Made by a program: the position numbers and the translations under genes | Assembly: GCA_011605725.1 (NCBI GenBank) | Contig: JAAOZP010000011.1 | Span: forward strand, 96,001 to 160,000 | Direction of reading: 5' to 3' | Source of the DNA: Nitrososphaerota archaeon | GTDB lineage: Archaea; Thermoproteota; EX4484-205; JAAOZP01 | Length of the DNA: 64,000 nt | The notes under the pieces: model-generated | Told to the model about the DNA's origin: nothing | Databases searched by the model: none | Seen by the model: the letters and a program-made list of their open reading frames with translations, nothing else | In this document: positions 49,811 to 60,410 of the stretch, one piece after another | How the letters are laid out: every line of letters begins with the position of its first letter | Numbering within the stretch: the first letter of the stretch is position 1

Positions 49811-50605
49811 ATGATGATCGGGTTAATCCTGGCTGCCGGCAAGGGTACTAGGATGCGGCCTTACTCGAACGCAATAAACAAGGAGATGTCCCTAATCGGG
49901 GAAAGCCCCGTGATAGAGTATAACGTGAAGGCTCTTGCAGACGCCGGGGTTAGAAAAGCCTTCATAGTGCTTGGAGAAGGCAAGTGGCAGATATTTGAAT
50001 ACCTTAGAGACGGTTCCAGGTTTAACATCGCCCTTTCCTACATATATCAGGATCTAGGTGAAAAGGAGGAGAAAAAGGGTACTGCGAAGGCAATACAGGT
50101 TGCTGAGGAATGGGTTAACGATGATTTCATAGTGATTTATGGAGACTCGTTTTTCCACCCGTATGATTTCCTGAGAAGCGAGATTGAGCTACATGAGGAG
50201 AAAAAGGCTGACGTTACCATGGGGATCTACATGATGAAGGAGTATAAGGATTACGGTATTGTTAGAATCGAAGGTGAAAGAGTAGTCGACATACTGGAGA
50301 AAGCCACTCAAGAGGAGGCGGAGAAAACCAGGGTTGACGACATGTTTGCAGTCAATTCCGGTCCAATAGTTTTTACGCGCGAAGTCTTTTCCTACATAAA
50401 GAAGACCCCTGTTTCACCAGCGGGAGAATACTGGATAACCGACACTATCAGGCTAATGATTAAAGATGGTAAGAAAGTATTAGCATACAGGATACCTGAG
50501 GGAGTCTTCTGGAGGGACATTGGAAGGATGAAGCACAGGATGGAGGCTGAGGCATATTTCTTAAGCAAACATTATGAGTATACTGGGGTTTTAAACAGGA
50601 AATGA
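49811..50605 (+). CDS. Glucose-1-phosphate thymidylyltransferase-like nucleotidyltransferase
   Basis: LAAGKGTRMRP, GTAKAI, YGD, GEYWITD, WRDIG. Confidence 0.88.
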   Translation: MMIGLILAAGKGTRMRPYSNAINKEMSLIGESPVIEYNVKALADAGVRKAFIVLGEGKWQIFEYLRDGSRFNIALSYIYQDLGEKEEKKGTAKAIQVAEEWVNDDFIVIYGDSFFHPYDFLRSEIELHEEKKADVTMGIYMMKEYKDYGIVRIEGERVVDILEKATQEEAEKTRVDDMFAVNSGPIVFTREVFSYIKKTPVSPAGEYWITDTIRLMIKDGKKVLAYRIPEGVFWRDIGRMKHRMEAEAYFLSKHYEYTGVLNRK

Positions 50606-51556
50606 TCAGTCTTCTCGCTCCACAGCCATCCTGATAAGGTTTAACGCGTCTTCAAGCTTAATCTCTCGTTTAAACTGAATGCCGCCTATGTTTGCCCTAC
50701 CCCCTGCTTTCACACCATTATTTTTCAACAGTTCTGTGTAAACCCTGTTCAAGTCTGAACGGCGTGCGGCTATGGTTGCGGAAACCGGTTTACCCTTTTT
50801 TAAACCTAAGCAGACAACCACTTTCTCACTCTCTTCAAGTTCAAACATCAGCATTCTTCTCGCAGCAGCCTCAAGCTGGTCAGTAACATTATACGTGAAG
50901 TATGTAATGCTTCCTATTTTACCTATTGAGTTTCTCAGCTTTTCAATCTTGTCCTCTACAAGGCTCCATCTGGCTAGCTCGCTTTCAACCCATTTCAGAA
51001 TACTATTCCAGTCTGAATCGTAAACCATACGCGTTAAGCTGCTTCTAAAGTCTCCCCTCATACTGTTTAAAAGGAATGCTTTATTCATTTTTACGGCTAA
51101 CTCTGAAACAATGCTTCCAGAATCTATCTCGTCAACAGCCTCCAACATCTTGATACCGTCCTCGTTAAACTCCAGAAGACCTTTGAAAACGCTGAAAACA
51201 AGACTAGAAACACTTCTAATACTGCCGTTAAACAATATTTCCCTGGTTTTTCTATGTCCATTGTAAAGCGCTATTACAGGTGTTTGACCATGATGATCTA
51301 TCAAAACATTGCTACCAATATAAGTCAAGCCTTTGCTCAAAGGGAGCTCTATAAGTATGCTTCTTGAGGCTTTCACAGTGTCGATCTCACTTGGTTTAGG
51401 ATAGTGGATTCTGGAAACATCCGCGCCTAGAGCCCTCGCCGTTATTGAGGCAGCGAAAATCCCGTCTAGATCAGGATCGCTCAGTATCATGTACTCCGGG
51501 TTATCCTCGACGAAGCGGAAGAGTATTTGCCTCGCCTCCTCCTGATCAAAGCTCAA
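50606..51556 (-). CDS. DHH-family phosphoesterase
   Basis: DPDLDG, IDHH, C-terminal GGR..GG (DHHA1). Confidence 0.8.
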   Translation of the reverse strand: MSFDQEEARQILFRFVEDNPEYMILSDPDLDGIFAASITARALGADVSRIHYPKPSEIDTVKASRSILIELPLSKGLTYIGSNVLIDHHGQTPVIALYNGHRKTREILFNGSIRSVSSLVFSVFKGLLEFNEDGIKMLEAVDEIDSGSIVSELAVKMNKAFLLNSMRGDFRSSLTRMVYDSDWNSILKWVESELARWSLVEDKIEKLRNSIGKIGSITYFTYNVTDQLEAAARRMLMFELEESEKVVVCLGLKKGKPVSATIAARRSDLNRVYTELLKNNGVKAGGRANIGGIQFKREIKLEDALNLIRMAVERED

Positions 51557-51653
51557 GCCTCATTTTCCCTCTTTTTCAGAGTGCTGGCAGAGTTTTCCAG
51601 AACACCCTTATTTAAAACTATTTTTTAAGCGGACAAGACTCGACCATCCTTGG

Positions 51654-52556
51654 TCAAAAAATTTGAAGTATGCTTAGCAGGATGATGATTGTTCCGAGTG
51701 CCAGACAATAGTAGGAGAACTTGTGAAAGCTATGTTTAACAACGTAACTCCTAACCGTTCCTAGGGCAAGGTAGCCGACGACAGCGGTTACCAGAACCCC
51801 TAGGCTAATCATCCAAAACTCTTGCTCGAAACTAATTTCTTGAAGCTTGACGAGGCTTCCGCCTATTATGCTTGGGATTGATAAGAGCAGGGAAAACCGG
51901 TAGGCCTCCTCATACTCAACCCCTCTAAGCAGCCCGGTTGAAACAGTTATTCCTGTTCTGGATATCCCGGGTGTGATTGCAGCAGCCTGAGAAAACCCTA
52001 TCAGGAATGCGTCTAAAGCACTTAGTTTCCTAACCGGTTTAGCACGCCTCGTTGAATACAGGATTAAGCCGTTGAGAAACATCGCAACCCCTGTTGCGAA
52101 AAGGCTTTGAAACAAAGACTCGAAGAAGCTTTTAAGAAAAAAGCCTGCTAAGCCGATGGGAATTGTGCCAAGCGTAATGTATACGAGCATTCTGCCTTCT
52201 TCCCCTGAGAAATCGAGCCTAAAAACTGTCCTGACAATGGATTGTAAATCCTTTCTCAGAAACACTGCTACTCCAATGAGGGTTCCCAGATGAAGCACAA
52301 TGTCGAAAGCAACGGAGACTTTTATGTTAAACAGCTCCTGCACTATTACTAGGTGCCCAGTGCTTGAAACCGGAAACCATTCTGTTAAACCTTGAACGAG
52401 GCTTAGGCAAACCGTCTCCAAGATTCCCGTTAAGCCTATTCTTACCTGTTTGGAAAAATCAACGGTTAAAACTGCCTCGGCGAAAATAACTAGCGTTTGA
52501 ATAAACAGGCAAGTAGTGAGGATAAACGTTAGCGACCGGCGTTTTCTCGTGTCCAC
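51654..52556 (-). CDS. uppP: Polyprenyl-diphosphate phosphatase (UppP/BacA)
   Basis: VQGLTEWFPVSSTGH, LHLGT, PGISRTG, FSLLLSIP; GTG 52556 lies about 25 nt below a TATA-like box. Confidence 0.92.
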   Translation of the reverse strand: MDTRKRRSLTFILTTCLFIQTLVIFAEAVLTVDFSKQVRIGLTGILETVCLSLVQGLTEWFPVSSTGHLVIVQELFNIKVSVAFDIVLHLGTLIGVAVFLRKDLQSIVRTVFRLDFSGEEGRMLVYITLGTIPIGLAGFFLKSFFESLFQSLFATGVAMFLNGLILYSTRRAKPVRKLSALDAFLIGFSQAAAITPGISRTGITVSTGLLRGVEYEEAYRFSLLLSIPSIIGGSLVKLQEISFEQEFWMISLGVLVTAVVGYLALGTVRSYVVKHSFHKFSYYCLALGTIIILLSILQIF

Positions 52557-52593
52557 AGCCTTTCGTCGCAACCATCTTATAAAAGTTTTACAG

Positions 52594-55500
52594 TTAATAA
52601 TTTTCAACAAACTTTCTTGCCGATATCTCATACATCTTTCCCTCAGCGTCGAACGTTATAATGTTTTTGTTCAGCCGTATTGCTGCTATCGCGAGCGCTG
52701 AGCTTAACAGGCCGTCGTCTGAATCTAGACATACAGCGTCTATCGTGAGGATTTCTTCAGAAAGCCTTTCGACAAGCGTATTCATGTCTCTCGATTCAAC
52801 CCTCCTAACCTCGATCGTCGGAGGCCAGATGCCTTCAGACCTAACTTTCCTCCTCAATTCCTTCACCTTGCCGCTTACATCCGATCTCGAATAGATGATT
52901 AAAAATTGAGGGCGGTATTTTCTAACAACTGTTGCGGCATAATCCACTGACTCGCCCATTACTACAGCCACGTTAAATCTTAATGTAGACCATTCAAGGA
53001 CGAGTTTCCTAACATGAGTTATAACTTCATGCGCATTTGACTCGAGCATAACTGCGTAGAGGGATTTCGTATGAACGTAAGCCGAGTATTCTTCCCCGTC
53101 CTTCTTAACTTCGATCGTGGTTAAGGCTGTAAACGGCCTATTGCCTCCCTTTCCATACCTGAAACTCACCGAATACGAGACATTTCCATTCTCATCCAGT
53201 TTTTCCTCACGTGAAACATCTGAAATTACCAGTTCTAACGCTGTACTGCTTTGAGGCAATCTTTCGTAAAGATAGTTAACAAACGTTTCAACCTTCTCCG
53301 AAGGAATCCTCACCGGGATTCGAACCGTCCACACTCCTTCTTTAACTACTTTTTCTTCCATTCTCCATCTTCTTAAAAGCGAGGGAGTTGCTATTTTCGC
53401 AGCCTTTAAGGCAGGAATTGTCGAAGAAACCATGGCTGTCAGAAATGCCATAAGTATTAGGGAGAACATATCTAGAGGAGTAGTTTTCACGTCAATGGGT
53501 ATGATCATGTTAGAGACATCAAACACTTTGAATATGATCATGCTCAATATATAGCCAATACCACCACCGATGAAACCGAATACTCCTGCCTCCACTATGA
53601 ACAGGCTGGAAATATGAGTGGGGTTTAAGCCTACAGATGAAAAAATGAATATTTCATTCCTCCTTTCGTAAACCAGCGTGTAGAACAGCAGCGTAATGTT
53701 TAACACAGTAATGATAACTGGGATGAGAACCGATATGCCAAAGACCTCGACAGAACCTCCTCTGAAGTAGTAGGTTATGCCTTCTGAGCTCGGCATAGTT
53801 ATGACTGAATAGTTAGCGAGCAAAGCCAATCTTCTTGAAACCTCTCTCGCCTGCGCATTGTCTTCGAATGTGCAGTAGAGCGCGGAAACATAGCCGCCTA
53901 ATCTTTGAGCGGTGAAAGCATCCGTTATCAAGAGGTTGTCAGCAGGTACCGGCTGAGCGTTTTCAAAGCCTGGAAGAATATACATGGGCAGGAAATGGCT
54001 ACCATCAGGCTCTTTTATCACGTTAACCGGCTCGCCATCAAATATGCCGACTACCTTTAGCCTTACACCTTTGAAAACAATGGTCATGCCCACGTCCACG
54101 TCTGCTCTGTTTGCCAAATACCTGCTTATGAGAACAGCATTACTGTTGTTGAACAGGCTTTCTATTGCATGCTCCGGGTATGTAGCGCTCTTAATAAGGT
54201 CTAGAGATGGATCTCCGGGCGAAACTCCTCTAACCCCATAGATCGGTACCTCGCTAACATAGTCTAGAGCGCCGTACGCAACGGGGGTTATCACCTTATA
54301 GTCTATTCTTGAAACCTCTCTCTGCGCACCTATGAAGCTAAAATCTTCAAGCGCGAGTGGGCCGGAAGGCTTGATCACCATCGACACCGGAGGCTTATCG
54401 GCTGGCCACGTTTTCGCCACCATAACAGCGTTAGTCGTTAGGGATACCCTTATTGAAGTCAGCGTGGATATTGCTATGATCATTATTGTAATGGAGACAA
54501 GAGTAAGTGTAGTTCTTAGCTTCCTCTTTTTCAAGTTTCCAATAGAGTATGAAATAGCGATCAATAAGGCAGGTATCAGTGAAACTCCTCGCTCGCTCTT
54601 TATTTCAAGAAAGTAGGGAGCTATAAATACAATTAGAAACATGAATATAACAATATAGATTCCTGTCTGAAGCTCCAATACTGTGATTCTTGAAAGACCT
54701 GGGAACACCTGGTAAGCTATAGTCATTAAAACGATGAATGTAATCACCGTCAACATTGCGTATTGATCCTTCCTCTCTGCAATTATCGAGCCGATGCATA
54801 AGGATAGGATCGCAACAATCACAAATACTATAATCTGGTTGGTTCGCGTTTCCCTCAAAATATTTTGAATATTACTGATTATTAATATGCTGCTCATCAC
54901 GGCTTCTTGCTGATACGCCAGTATCTTAATTGGGTCAGTGGCATTTAAAATAGCTAAACGGAATCTTTCAATCTGCTCCAACCTGTAAAGCTCCAGGCCT
55001 ACGTAGAGCCCAATATTCCTAGTTTCTTCTACATGTCTTTCAGCGGATTCAACGGTTTTGTTGACGAGAGTTTGATAGGACTTTACTTGAAGTAAAGCAG
55101 GCTGGTCTAAGTAGGTTTTAGCATTTTTGCTTAACCTAATTGGCCGAGTACTATTCCCTATTTCCAATACTGTTCTTCTCCCACCGACAGTGATTGAAAC
55201 CAGTATCCATAAGTCTGTTTCAGAAGGAACTATTAGGGTGTTTCCAGTTATGTTTAGCAGACCAAGTAGCGGCAGATGGCTTGAATCATAATTCAGTATC
55301 AGTTGATTAAGCCGCGTCTCATTAAGAATGAGGACACGCATTTCCTGAGTTGGAATCAGCAGGTCGAAAGGGGAAGGAACAACAGCTAGGACCTTTGCAA
55401 CCGCTCCTGGACATAGGTTTATTTCCACGTTCTTGGTTTCTCCGACTGATAGTTTTCCTAGGCTTATTATTTGAGGCACATAAGTATCTTTTTCGTTTAG

Positions 55501-57969
55501 AGAAGGACCTATGATCCTTATTTCTGAGCCAGAGGGCACTGCTATCGTCGTTTCATTCCAAACTCTGGCGACCGTATACGTCTCGTTCATGAACACTAGG
55601 AAAAACTGGGGTTCCCTTGGCTTCGGGTTTAACGTTATTTTAAGCATTGATGATGGTTTTACGACGAAGCGTTTAGAATTTGTGTCGATTCTGGTGCCGT
55701 TTGCTAGGAGCAGCTCCGTTGAAACCTCCAGCACATGTTCAGAGTCAACATGGTGCGGCGCCTCGAAGACGCGTTTTACAGCGAGATAGGCGGGTGATGA
55801 TGAAGAGGGTATTTCAACGCTCATGTTCTCACTGACTAGAGTTTTATTGCAGGTTATGTCGTTCAACCTCCAGCTTAGCACTGCGTTGAAAGGCTCCTGA
55901 AACACGTCGTTCACAAGCCAGAGCCTAATCCTAACCGTTGAGCCGGGGAGAAAGAATAGGGATGTCAGATCATGCCTATAGTCTCCGTCAACCATTATTA
56001 CGGTATGCACAGGGTTGAAAGCATTCATAACCTCGTAGTAAGATTCTTTCTTAAATCCGTAGGAATCTACGATTGAGCCGCTGACGAGCAGGGGGTAGTC
56101 TGTAAGTGGAAGAACATTAACCCCTATGGAAATATTGTACCTAAGTATTCTTGCCCTGTCTATAGCATGCCTCAAAACTAGAGATTGATACTTCTGGCTT
56201 AGCTCAATTAAGCTGGAGAGGTTTTTAGCCAAATCTCTCCAGTAGGTGTTTAGGAAAACCGGGTCAAGCCCCTCTGCCTGAAGAAGCGTAAGAACCTGCT
56301 CATAGGGCAGGTTTTGAGCCTCTACCCAGAATGGAGAGTTTAAACTGGGTAAGCCCACTGGACTAACTATGTTTGGAAAGGACTCCTTGTAATGCAGATA
56401 GTCAACCCAGCTTCCCGTTCCCCAACCATAGTTCACGAACCTATCAACATAATCGTATGTCTCAACGTATGATAGAACCATGATTCTCTTATTCACCTCC
56501 TTAACCAGGACGTTCAGATCACGGTCAAGGTAGAAATTGGTTCCAGAACCATAGTATGGTGACTCCCTGTTCAGCCACGGCACGAGGGTGTGGGGACAGA
56601 CTATTGTTATTGAGGGATAGTTGTAAGTTAGCAGTAACAGTTCAACAAGCTGCATCTTCACGAGCCTAGCATAGTTTTCAGAGTAGTCTAGAGTAGGGTA
56701 GGCGCCTATCAGGGGGAAGTCCAGCTGGACGATGAAGCCTTTCAAAGAAGTTAACTCGTAGAACTCTTTCGGCTCAACATGCGCGAACGACCTTAAGAAA
56801 TTAACGTTGGCTTCTCTCAGCAGGCTGAGCGTCTCATTCATTTTAAAGCTACCGCTCGTATCAGTAAGCCATTCGAGCCTAGAGAAATAAGACCCACCCC
56901 TTAGAAAAACACTTCTACCGTTTACTTTAATGTAAGGATTCTTCCGGGTAATCGAACCCTCTAAGAAACGTACTCCAAATAATGTTTCAACCGACCCGGC
57001 GTACTCATCACCATGGTGCAGACTAATGTTGAGAAGGTAAACGTTTGGAACACCAATATCCCATGGGAACCAGTATGCTGGGTCCCGGAGGGAGATGCTT
57101 AAAGTTTCCCACCTTCTTTCCCAGGCAGAAAGCTTTATGCTGAACGACTGTTCTAAGCCGGCTGTGTTGTTGGGGCCAAAGCCCTTTATTCTTACGGATG
57201 CTACAAAGCTATCGTCAACATCCCCCTTGTTCTGAAGTAGAATACGCAGGTTTAAGGAGGCAGGGTTCGAGTACTGTGCAATATCAATCAAGACCAGGTT
57301 AATAACTGGGTTCAGTGTCCCGACGAGGGTAACGCCTCCAGATATCCCGATGTAACTGTTGCGGAGGTTTGGAAGAACCTCTGAGAAAGAGTATATGCCC
57401 ATCGGGTAAACTCTGGATTCATACGTTTCTTGGGTTGGAGCCTCTAAGTATAGGGTCAGTAAGTTGACACCGTCCCGAACAACAATTTCATCTATGTCGA
57501 AGAAGAATTGGGAAAAATAACCCACATGCTCCCCCAAATAGAAGCCGTTCAGCCAGACTTTAGCAGCAACCCAGACACCTGAGAAGACAAGCCTCAGCCT
57601 CTGCCCCCTCATTTCACTAGGCACTGTGAATAATTTTCTTACCCACAGCGAGCTGTTTGACCTGGTTGACTTAAAAAGGAAGGGTGCTTCAACCCTGCTC
57701 CATGAAGAATCATCATAACAAGGATCATAGTAGAGATTAATGTTTCCAGGGTCGAAAGCGTCAACCTTGTAACTCCACTTTCCAGTCAATTCATGTTTAG
57801 AAAGATAGAAGTAGTCAAATGGCGCGAGGTACGAGGAAACCTTATCCACCAGGTTTTCAGAGGGTTCTATGAAGAAATACCGTAAACCAGGAAGAATCAG
57901 AGCCACTATTAACATCGATACTGAGACTACTGTCAGAAGCGGCTCTGCAATTCTCCTGGCCACCATCAC
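52594..57969 (-). CDS. GH2-like domain / FtsX-MacB permease / CARF-like fusion protein (1791 aa)
   Basis: KVWLNG..G.H.GYF, YWFPWD.G.P, NGR.VFLRG, ANVNFLR (GH2); NLKKRKLRT.LT, ERRNEI...SSVGLNP..I...F..EA (FtsX); Rossmann-like C-terminal tail. Confidence 0.8.
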   Translation of the reverse strand: MMVARRIAEPLLTVVSVSMLIVALILPGLRYFFIEPSENLVDKVSSYLAPFDYFYLSKHELTGKWSYKVDAFDPGNINLYYDPCYDDSSWSRVEAPFLFKSTRSNSSLWVRKLFTVPSEMRGQRLRLVFSGVWVAAKVWLNGFYLGEHVGYFSQFFFDIDEIVVRDGVNLLTLYLEAPTQETYESRVYPMGIYSFSEVLPNLRNSYIGISGGVTLVGTLNPVINLVLIDIAQYSNPASLNLRILLQNKGDVDDSFVASVRIKGFGPNNTAGLEQSFSIKLSAWERRWETLSISLRDPAYWFPWDIGVPNVYLLNISLHHGDEYAGSVETLFGVRFLEGSITRKNPYIKVNGRSVFLRGGSYFSRLEWLTDTSGSFKMNETLSLLREANVNFLRSFAHVEPKEFYELTSLKGFIVQLDFPLIGAYPTLDYSENYARLVKMQLVELLLLTYNYPSITIVCPHTLVPWLNRESPYYGSGTNFYLDRDLNVLVKEVNKRIMVLSYVETYDYVDRFVNYGWGTGSWVDYLHYKESFPNIVSPVGLPSLNSPFWVEAQNLPYEQVLTLLQAEGLDPVFLNTYWRDLAKNLSSLIELSQKYQSLVLRHAIDRARILRYNISIGVNVLPLTDYPLLVSGSIVDSYGFKKESYYEVMNAFNPVHTVIMVDGDYRHDLTSLFFLPGSTVRIRLWLVNDVFQEPFNAVLSWRLNDITCNKTLVSENMSVEIPSSSSPAYLAVKRVFEAPHHVDSEHVLEVSTELLLANGTRIDTNSKRFVVKPSSMLKITLNPKPREPQFFLVFMNETYTVARVWNETTIAVPSGSEIRIIGPSLNEKDTYVPQIISLGKLSVGETKNVEINLCPGAVAKVLAVVPSPFDLLIPTQEMRVLILNETRLNQLILNYDSSHLPLLGLLNITGNTLIVPSETDLWILVSITVGGRRTVLEIGNSTRPIRLSKNAKTYLDQPALLQVKSYQTLVNKTVESAERHVEETRNIGLYVGLELYRLEQIERFRLAILNATDPIKILAYQQEAVMSSILIISNIQNILRETRTNQIIVFVIVAILSLCIGSIIAERKDQYAMLTVITFIVLMTIAYQVFPGLSRITVLELQTGIYIVIFMFLIVFIAPYFLEIKSERGVSLIPALLIAISYSIGNLKKRKLRTTLTLVSITIMIIAISTLTSIRVSLTTNAVMVAKTWPADKPPVSMVIKPSGPLALEDFSFIGAQREVSRIDYKVITPVAYGALDYVSEVPIYGVRGVSPGDPSLDLIKSATYPEHAIESLFNNSNAVLISRYLANRADVDVGMTIVFKGVRLKVVGIFDGEPVNVIKEPDGSHFLPMYILPGFENAQPVPADNLLITDAFTAQRLGGYVSALYCTFEDNAQAREVSRRLALLANYSVITMPSSEGITYYFRGGSVEVFGISVLIPVIITVLNITLLFYTLVYERRNEIFIFSSVGLNPTHISSLFIVEAGVFGFIGGGIGYILSMIIFKVFDVSNMIIPIDVKTTPLDMFSLILMAFLTAMVSSTIPALKAAKIATPSLLRRWRMEEKVVKEGVWTVRIPVRIPSEKVETFVNYLYERLPQSSTALELVISDVSREEKLDENGNVSYSVSFRYGKGGNRPFTALTTIEVKKDGEEYSAYVHTKSLYAVMLESNAHEVITHVRKLVLEWSTLRFNVAVVMGESVDYAATVVRKYRPQFLIIYSRSDVSGKVKELRRKVRSEGIWPPTIEVRRVESRDMNTLVERLSEEILTIDAVCLDSDDGLLSSALAIAAIRLNKNIITFDAEGKMYEISARKFVENY

Positions 57970-58067
57970 CGGATTGCTTTATTTCGAAGCACGATATAAG
58001 TTTTCACTTAGTGTTTAAGAGTTGAAGATAGGTTTATAAAAAGGTAGGGTTTCAAAATAGGTGAGAA

Positions 58068-60410
58068 ATGCCTGTGAAAACACCTGCCAAGGTTATAGAA
58101 ATATTTAAAAAACACTACTACATTCTGTCTCTGCTGCTGCTCTTCATATACGCATTACTTTCTGTGAAAACAATTTTTCTAGAAGGCATGATCCCGGGCT
58201 GGGATAACCCTGTGCACTACGTGAACTCCCATCTCACAGCGCTCTACATGTTTCCCAGGCTGGATATTCTAGGCTGGGATCCTTTCAACCAGTTCGGCTG
58301 GGTTTTCAACCTATACTACAACCCGGGCATGAGCATCTTCGTCTCCTCCATATACCACTCATTTCTAGGCTTCGTAGACACTCTGTTAGCGTACAAGATC
58401 GCTTTCTTCCTAGCGTATTTCCTACCGGCTCCCGCCACATTCATGTTCGTCCACGCTTTAACAGAGGATAAAATCGCATCCCTAGTTGCCTCACTGCTTT
58501 CAATAACAACCTTCACCGAGGAATCTGCGTGGTTTGACGCTGGTTTAAAGCAAATGTACTACATAGGCATGTGGCCAGAGAGACTGGGCCTAGTTTTCGT
58601 TTTTTTCAGCATAGCCCTCTTAGCCTACTCCTTTAAATCTAAATCCATAGGGAAAACCCTGTTCCTCACAGGACTAGGATCTCTGTTCTTCACAATGGCT
58701 GTTCTAACCCATGTAATGATGGGGATTTCAGCGGCTTTAATGGCATTATTACTATGGCTATTTGTTTTCCTAAAAACAGTAGTAGAGTTCCCAAGTTCTA
58801 CTAGTCAAGGACTCGTATCTCTCTTAAAAACAGAAGGCGTTGTCTTGGTGAAGTTCACATCCATAGGCTTGCTTTCCTTGGGAATGGCTGCTTTCTGGAT
58901 GGTCCCGCTTTTTCAAACACTAGAGACGTATCACAGTTTCCCAGCCGTCACGTGGTCCACTGGACCATATATTTTTGGAGAAACATTTGCCAGTTTACCA
59001 TGGTACCTCCTGGTTTTTTATTGCCTAGGTGCTTTCGCACCAGTTTACGCAGGAAGTAAAGTCTCCTATTCATCCTTAGCTGCATCCGCAGTCATCCTCA
59101 TTCTGCAGTTCCTGAACCTAGTTAACCTGTACGATGGCAACATTGGACTGAGGCTTATTTTCGCGTTCGCGGTGTCACTGGTTTTGCTGGTTTCCTCCAA
59201 GGACCTCTACGTGCCGTTCCTGCTTGCATCCATATCTATCCTTGGTTTTCTGGCAACAGGACCCGATACATACCTTGTGTGCTTCGGCCCGTTTAGACTC
59301 GACCTGCTTAGTCTAATACCGTTCGCAAGAAGCTTCGGCTACTCCAAGTTTAATGCTCCAGTCAGGATTCTAATACTCAGCTTAGCAGCCCTAGGTTTCT
59401 CGAAGATTTTAAGCAAGCTCTACACGCTCTCCAAAACAACAAGATTTCCAGCAGTTTTCTCGATAATAGCCGGATTGCTAGCGTTCTTGATCCTCAATTC
59501 TTCGCTTAGTGCCCAATTACAGAATACTGACCTCGCCTACCCTTTTTCCAAGGAGAAGGTTTTCAAACTAACCTCAGACTACCCGGGCTTCAAAAAAGTT
59601 GACGAGCTTACAGGCTGGGTTGAGAACAATGTTCCCGGAGACACTTACATACTGTTTCAGGATACTTTGGATTTCGGCGGCAGCGAGGATTTTCAGACAT
59701 CCCACTATGTCTATATTGCTTCAATAAGGCTAAAAAGGCCTATTATTGGCGGTTGTTTTGGGACTCGCTATATAACTAATCCTTATGCCCTTACCGAGGG
59801 AGGGTATCTTCTAAGCTTCCCCATTGAAAAGCTGATTAAGAACGATCTGATTAAGCGACTGATGGATGAGCTTGGAATCGGCTACATCGCTATCCATGAT
59901 TCGAGACTAATAAATTTCTTAAACTCCTCCACCGATTTTTGCCTCGAGTATTACAATGGCTTGTACGCAGTTTTTCGGAAAACTAATTCCTCAAAGATTG
60001 TTTTCATCCAGGGAGAGGGGAGAGTCGAATCAGTAGACTTCACCATAAACAAGATTGAAGCCACAGTATCCGGCGTGTCTGGAAATGCTTCATACCTGAT
60101 AGTTAGACAGGTTAACTTTCCAGGCTTCACCGCCGAAGCAGACGGGGAAATTATTTCTATAGACACATATTATCCTAAGCTGCCAAACGTAATAACGGGT
60201 TGGCAGGGAATCCAGCCGGTATTCAACTGGAGAATACCGTTCATCAAGGTGAAAATACCAGCCGGGTCTAACAGGGTAACATTAAGGTTCAGTATTCATA
60301 CCGTGGGAAGCGACATATCAAAAATAGCCTGGACAGTGTTCCTCTGTCTTCTGATCTCCGGCATAGTCCTGCCGACAGTAGGGAAGTTGCGCAAAAAATG
60401 GCGAAAGTAA
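58068..60410 (+). CDS. Polytopic GT-C-like glycosyltransferase (PTPS-related/YfhO-like membrane protein)
   Basis: GWDNPVH..WDP...G....YYNP first loop, more than 10 TM helices, C-terminal external domain (NFPGF). Confidence 0.7.
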   Translation: MPVKTPAKVIEIFKKHYYILSLLLLFIYALLSVKTIFLEGMIPGWDNPVHYVNSHLTALYMFPRLDILGWDPFNQFGWVFNLYYNPGMSIFVSSIYHSFLGFVDTLLAYKIAFFLAYFLPAPATFMFVHALTEDKIASLVASLLSITTFTEESAWFDAGLKQMYYIGMWPERLGLVFVFFSIALLAYSFKSKSIGKTLFLTGLGSLFFTMAVLTHVMMGISAALMALLLWLFVFLKTVVEFPSSTSQGLVSLLKTEGVVLVKFTSIGLLSLGMAAFWMVPLFQTLETYHSFPAVTWSTGPYIFGETFASLPWYLLVFYCLGAFAPVYAGSKVSYSSLAASAVILILQFLNLVNLYDGNIGLRLIFAFAVSLVLLVSSKDLYVPFLLASISILGFLATGPDTYLVCFGPFRLDLLSLIPFARSFGYSKFNAPVRILILSLAALGFSKILSKLYTLSKTTRFPAVFSIIAGLLAFLILNSSLSAQLQNTDLAYPFSKEKVFKLTSDYPGFKKVDELTGWVENNVPGDTYILFQDTLDFGGSEDFQTSHYVYIASIRLKRPIIGGCFGTRYITNPYALTEGGYLLSFPIEKLIKNDLIKRLMDELGIGYIAIHDSRLINFLNSSTDFCLEYYNGLYAVFRKTNSSKIVFIQGEGRVESVDFTINKIEATVSGVSGNASYLIVRQVNFPGFTAEADGEIISIDTYYPKLPNVITGWQGIQPVFNWRIPFIKVKIPAGSNRVTLRFSIHTVGSDISKIAWTVFLCLLISGIVLPTVGKLRKKWRK

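Noticed and set aside
52557-52631. N-terminal extension of the UppP ORF
   Set aside because: Overlaps the upstream gene end and contains a TATA-like box; GTG 52556 preferred
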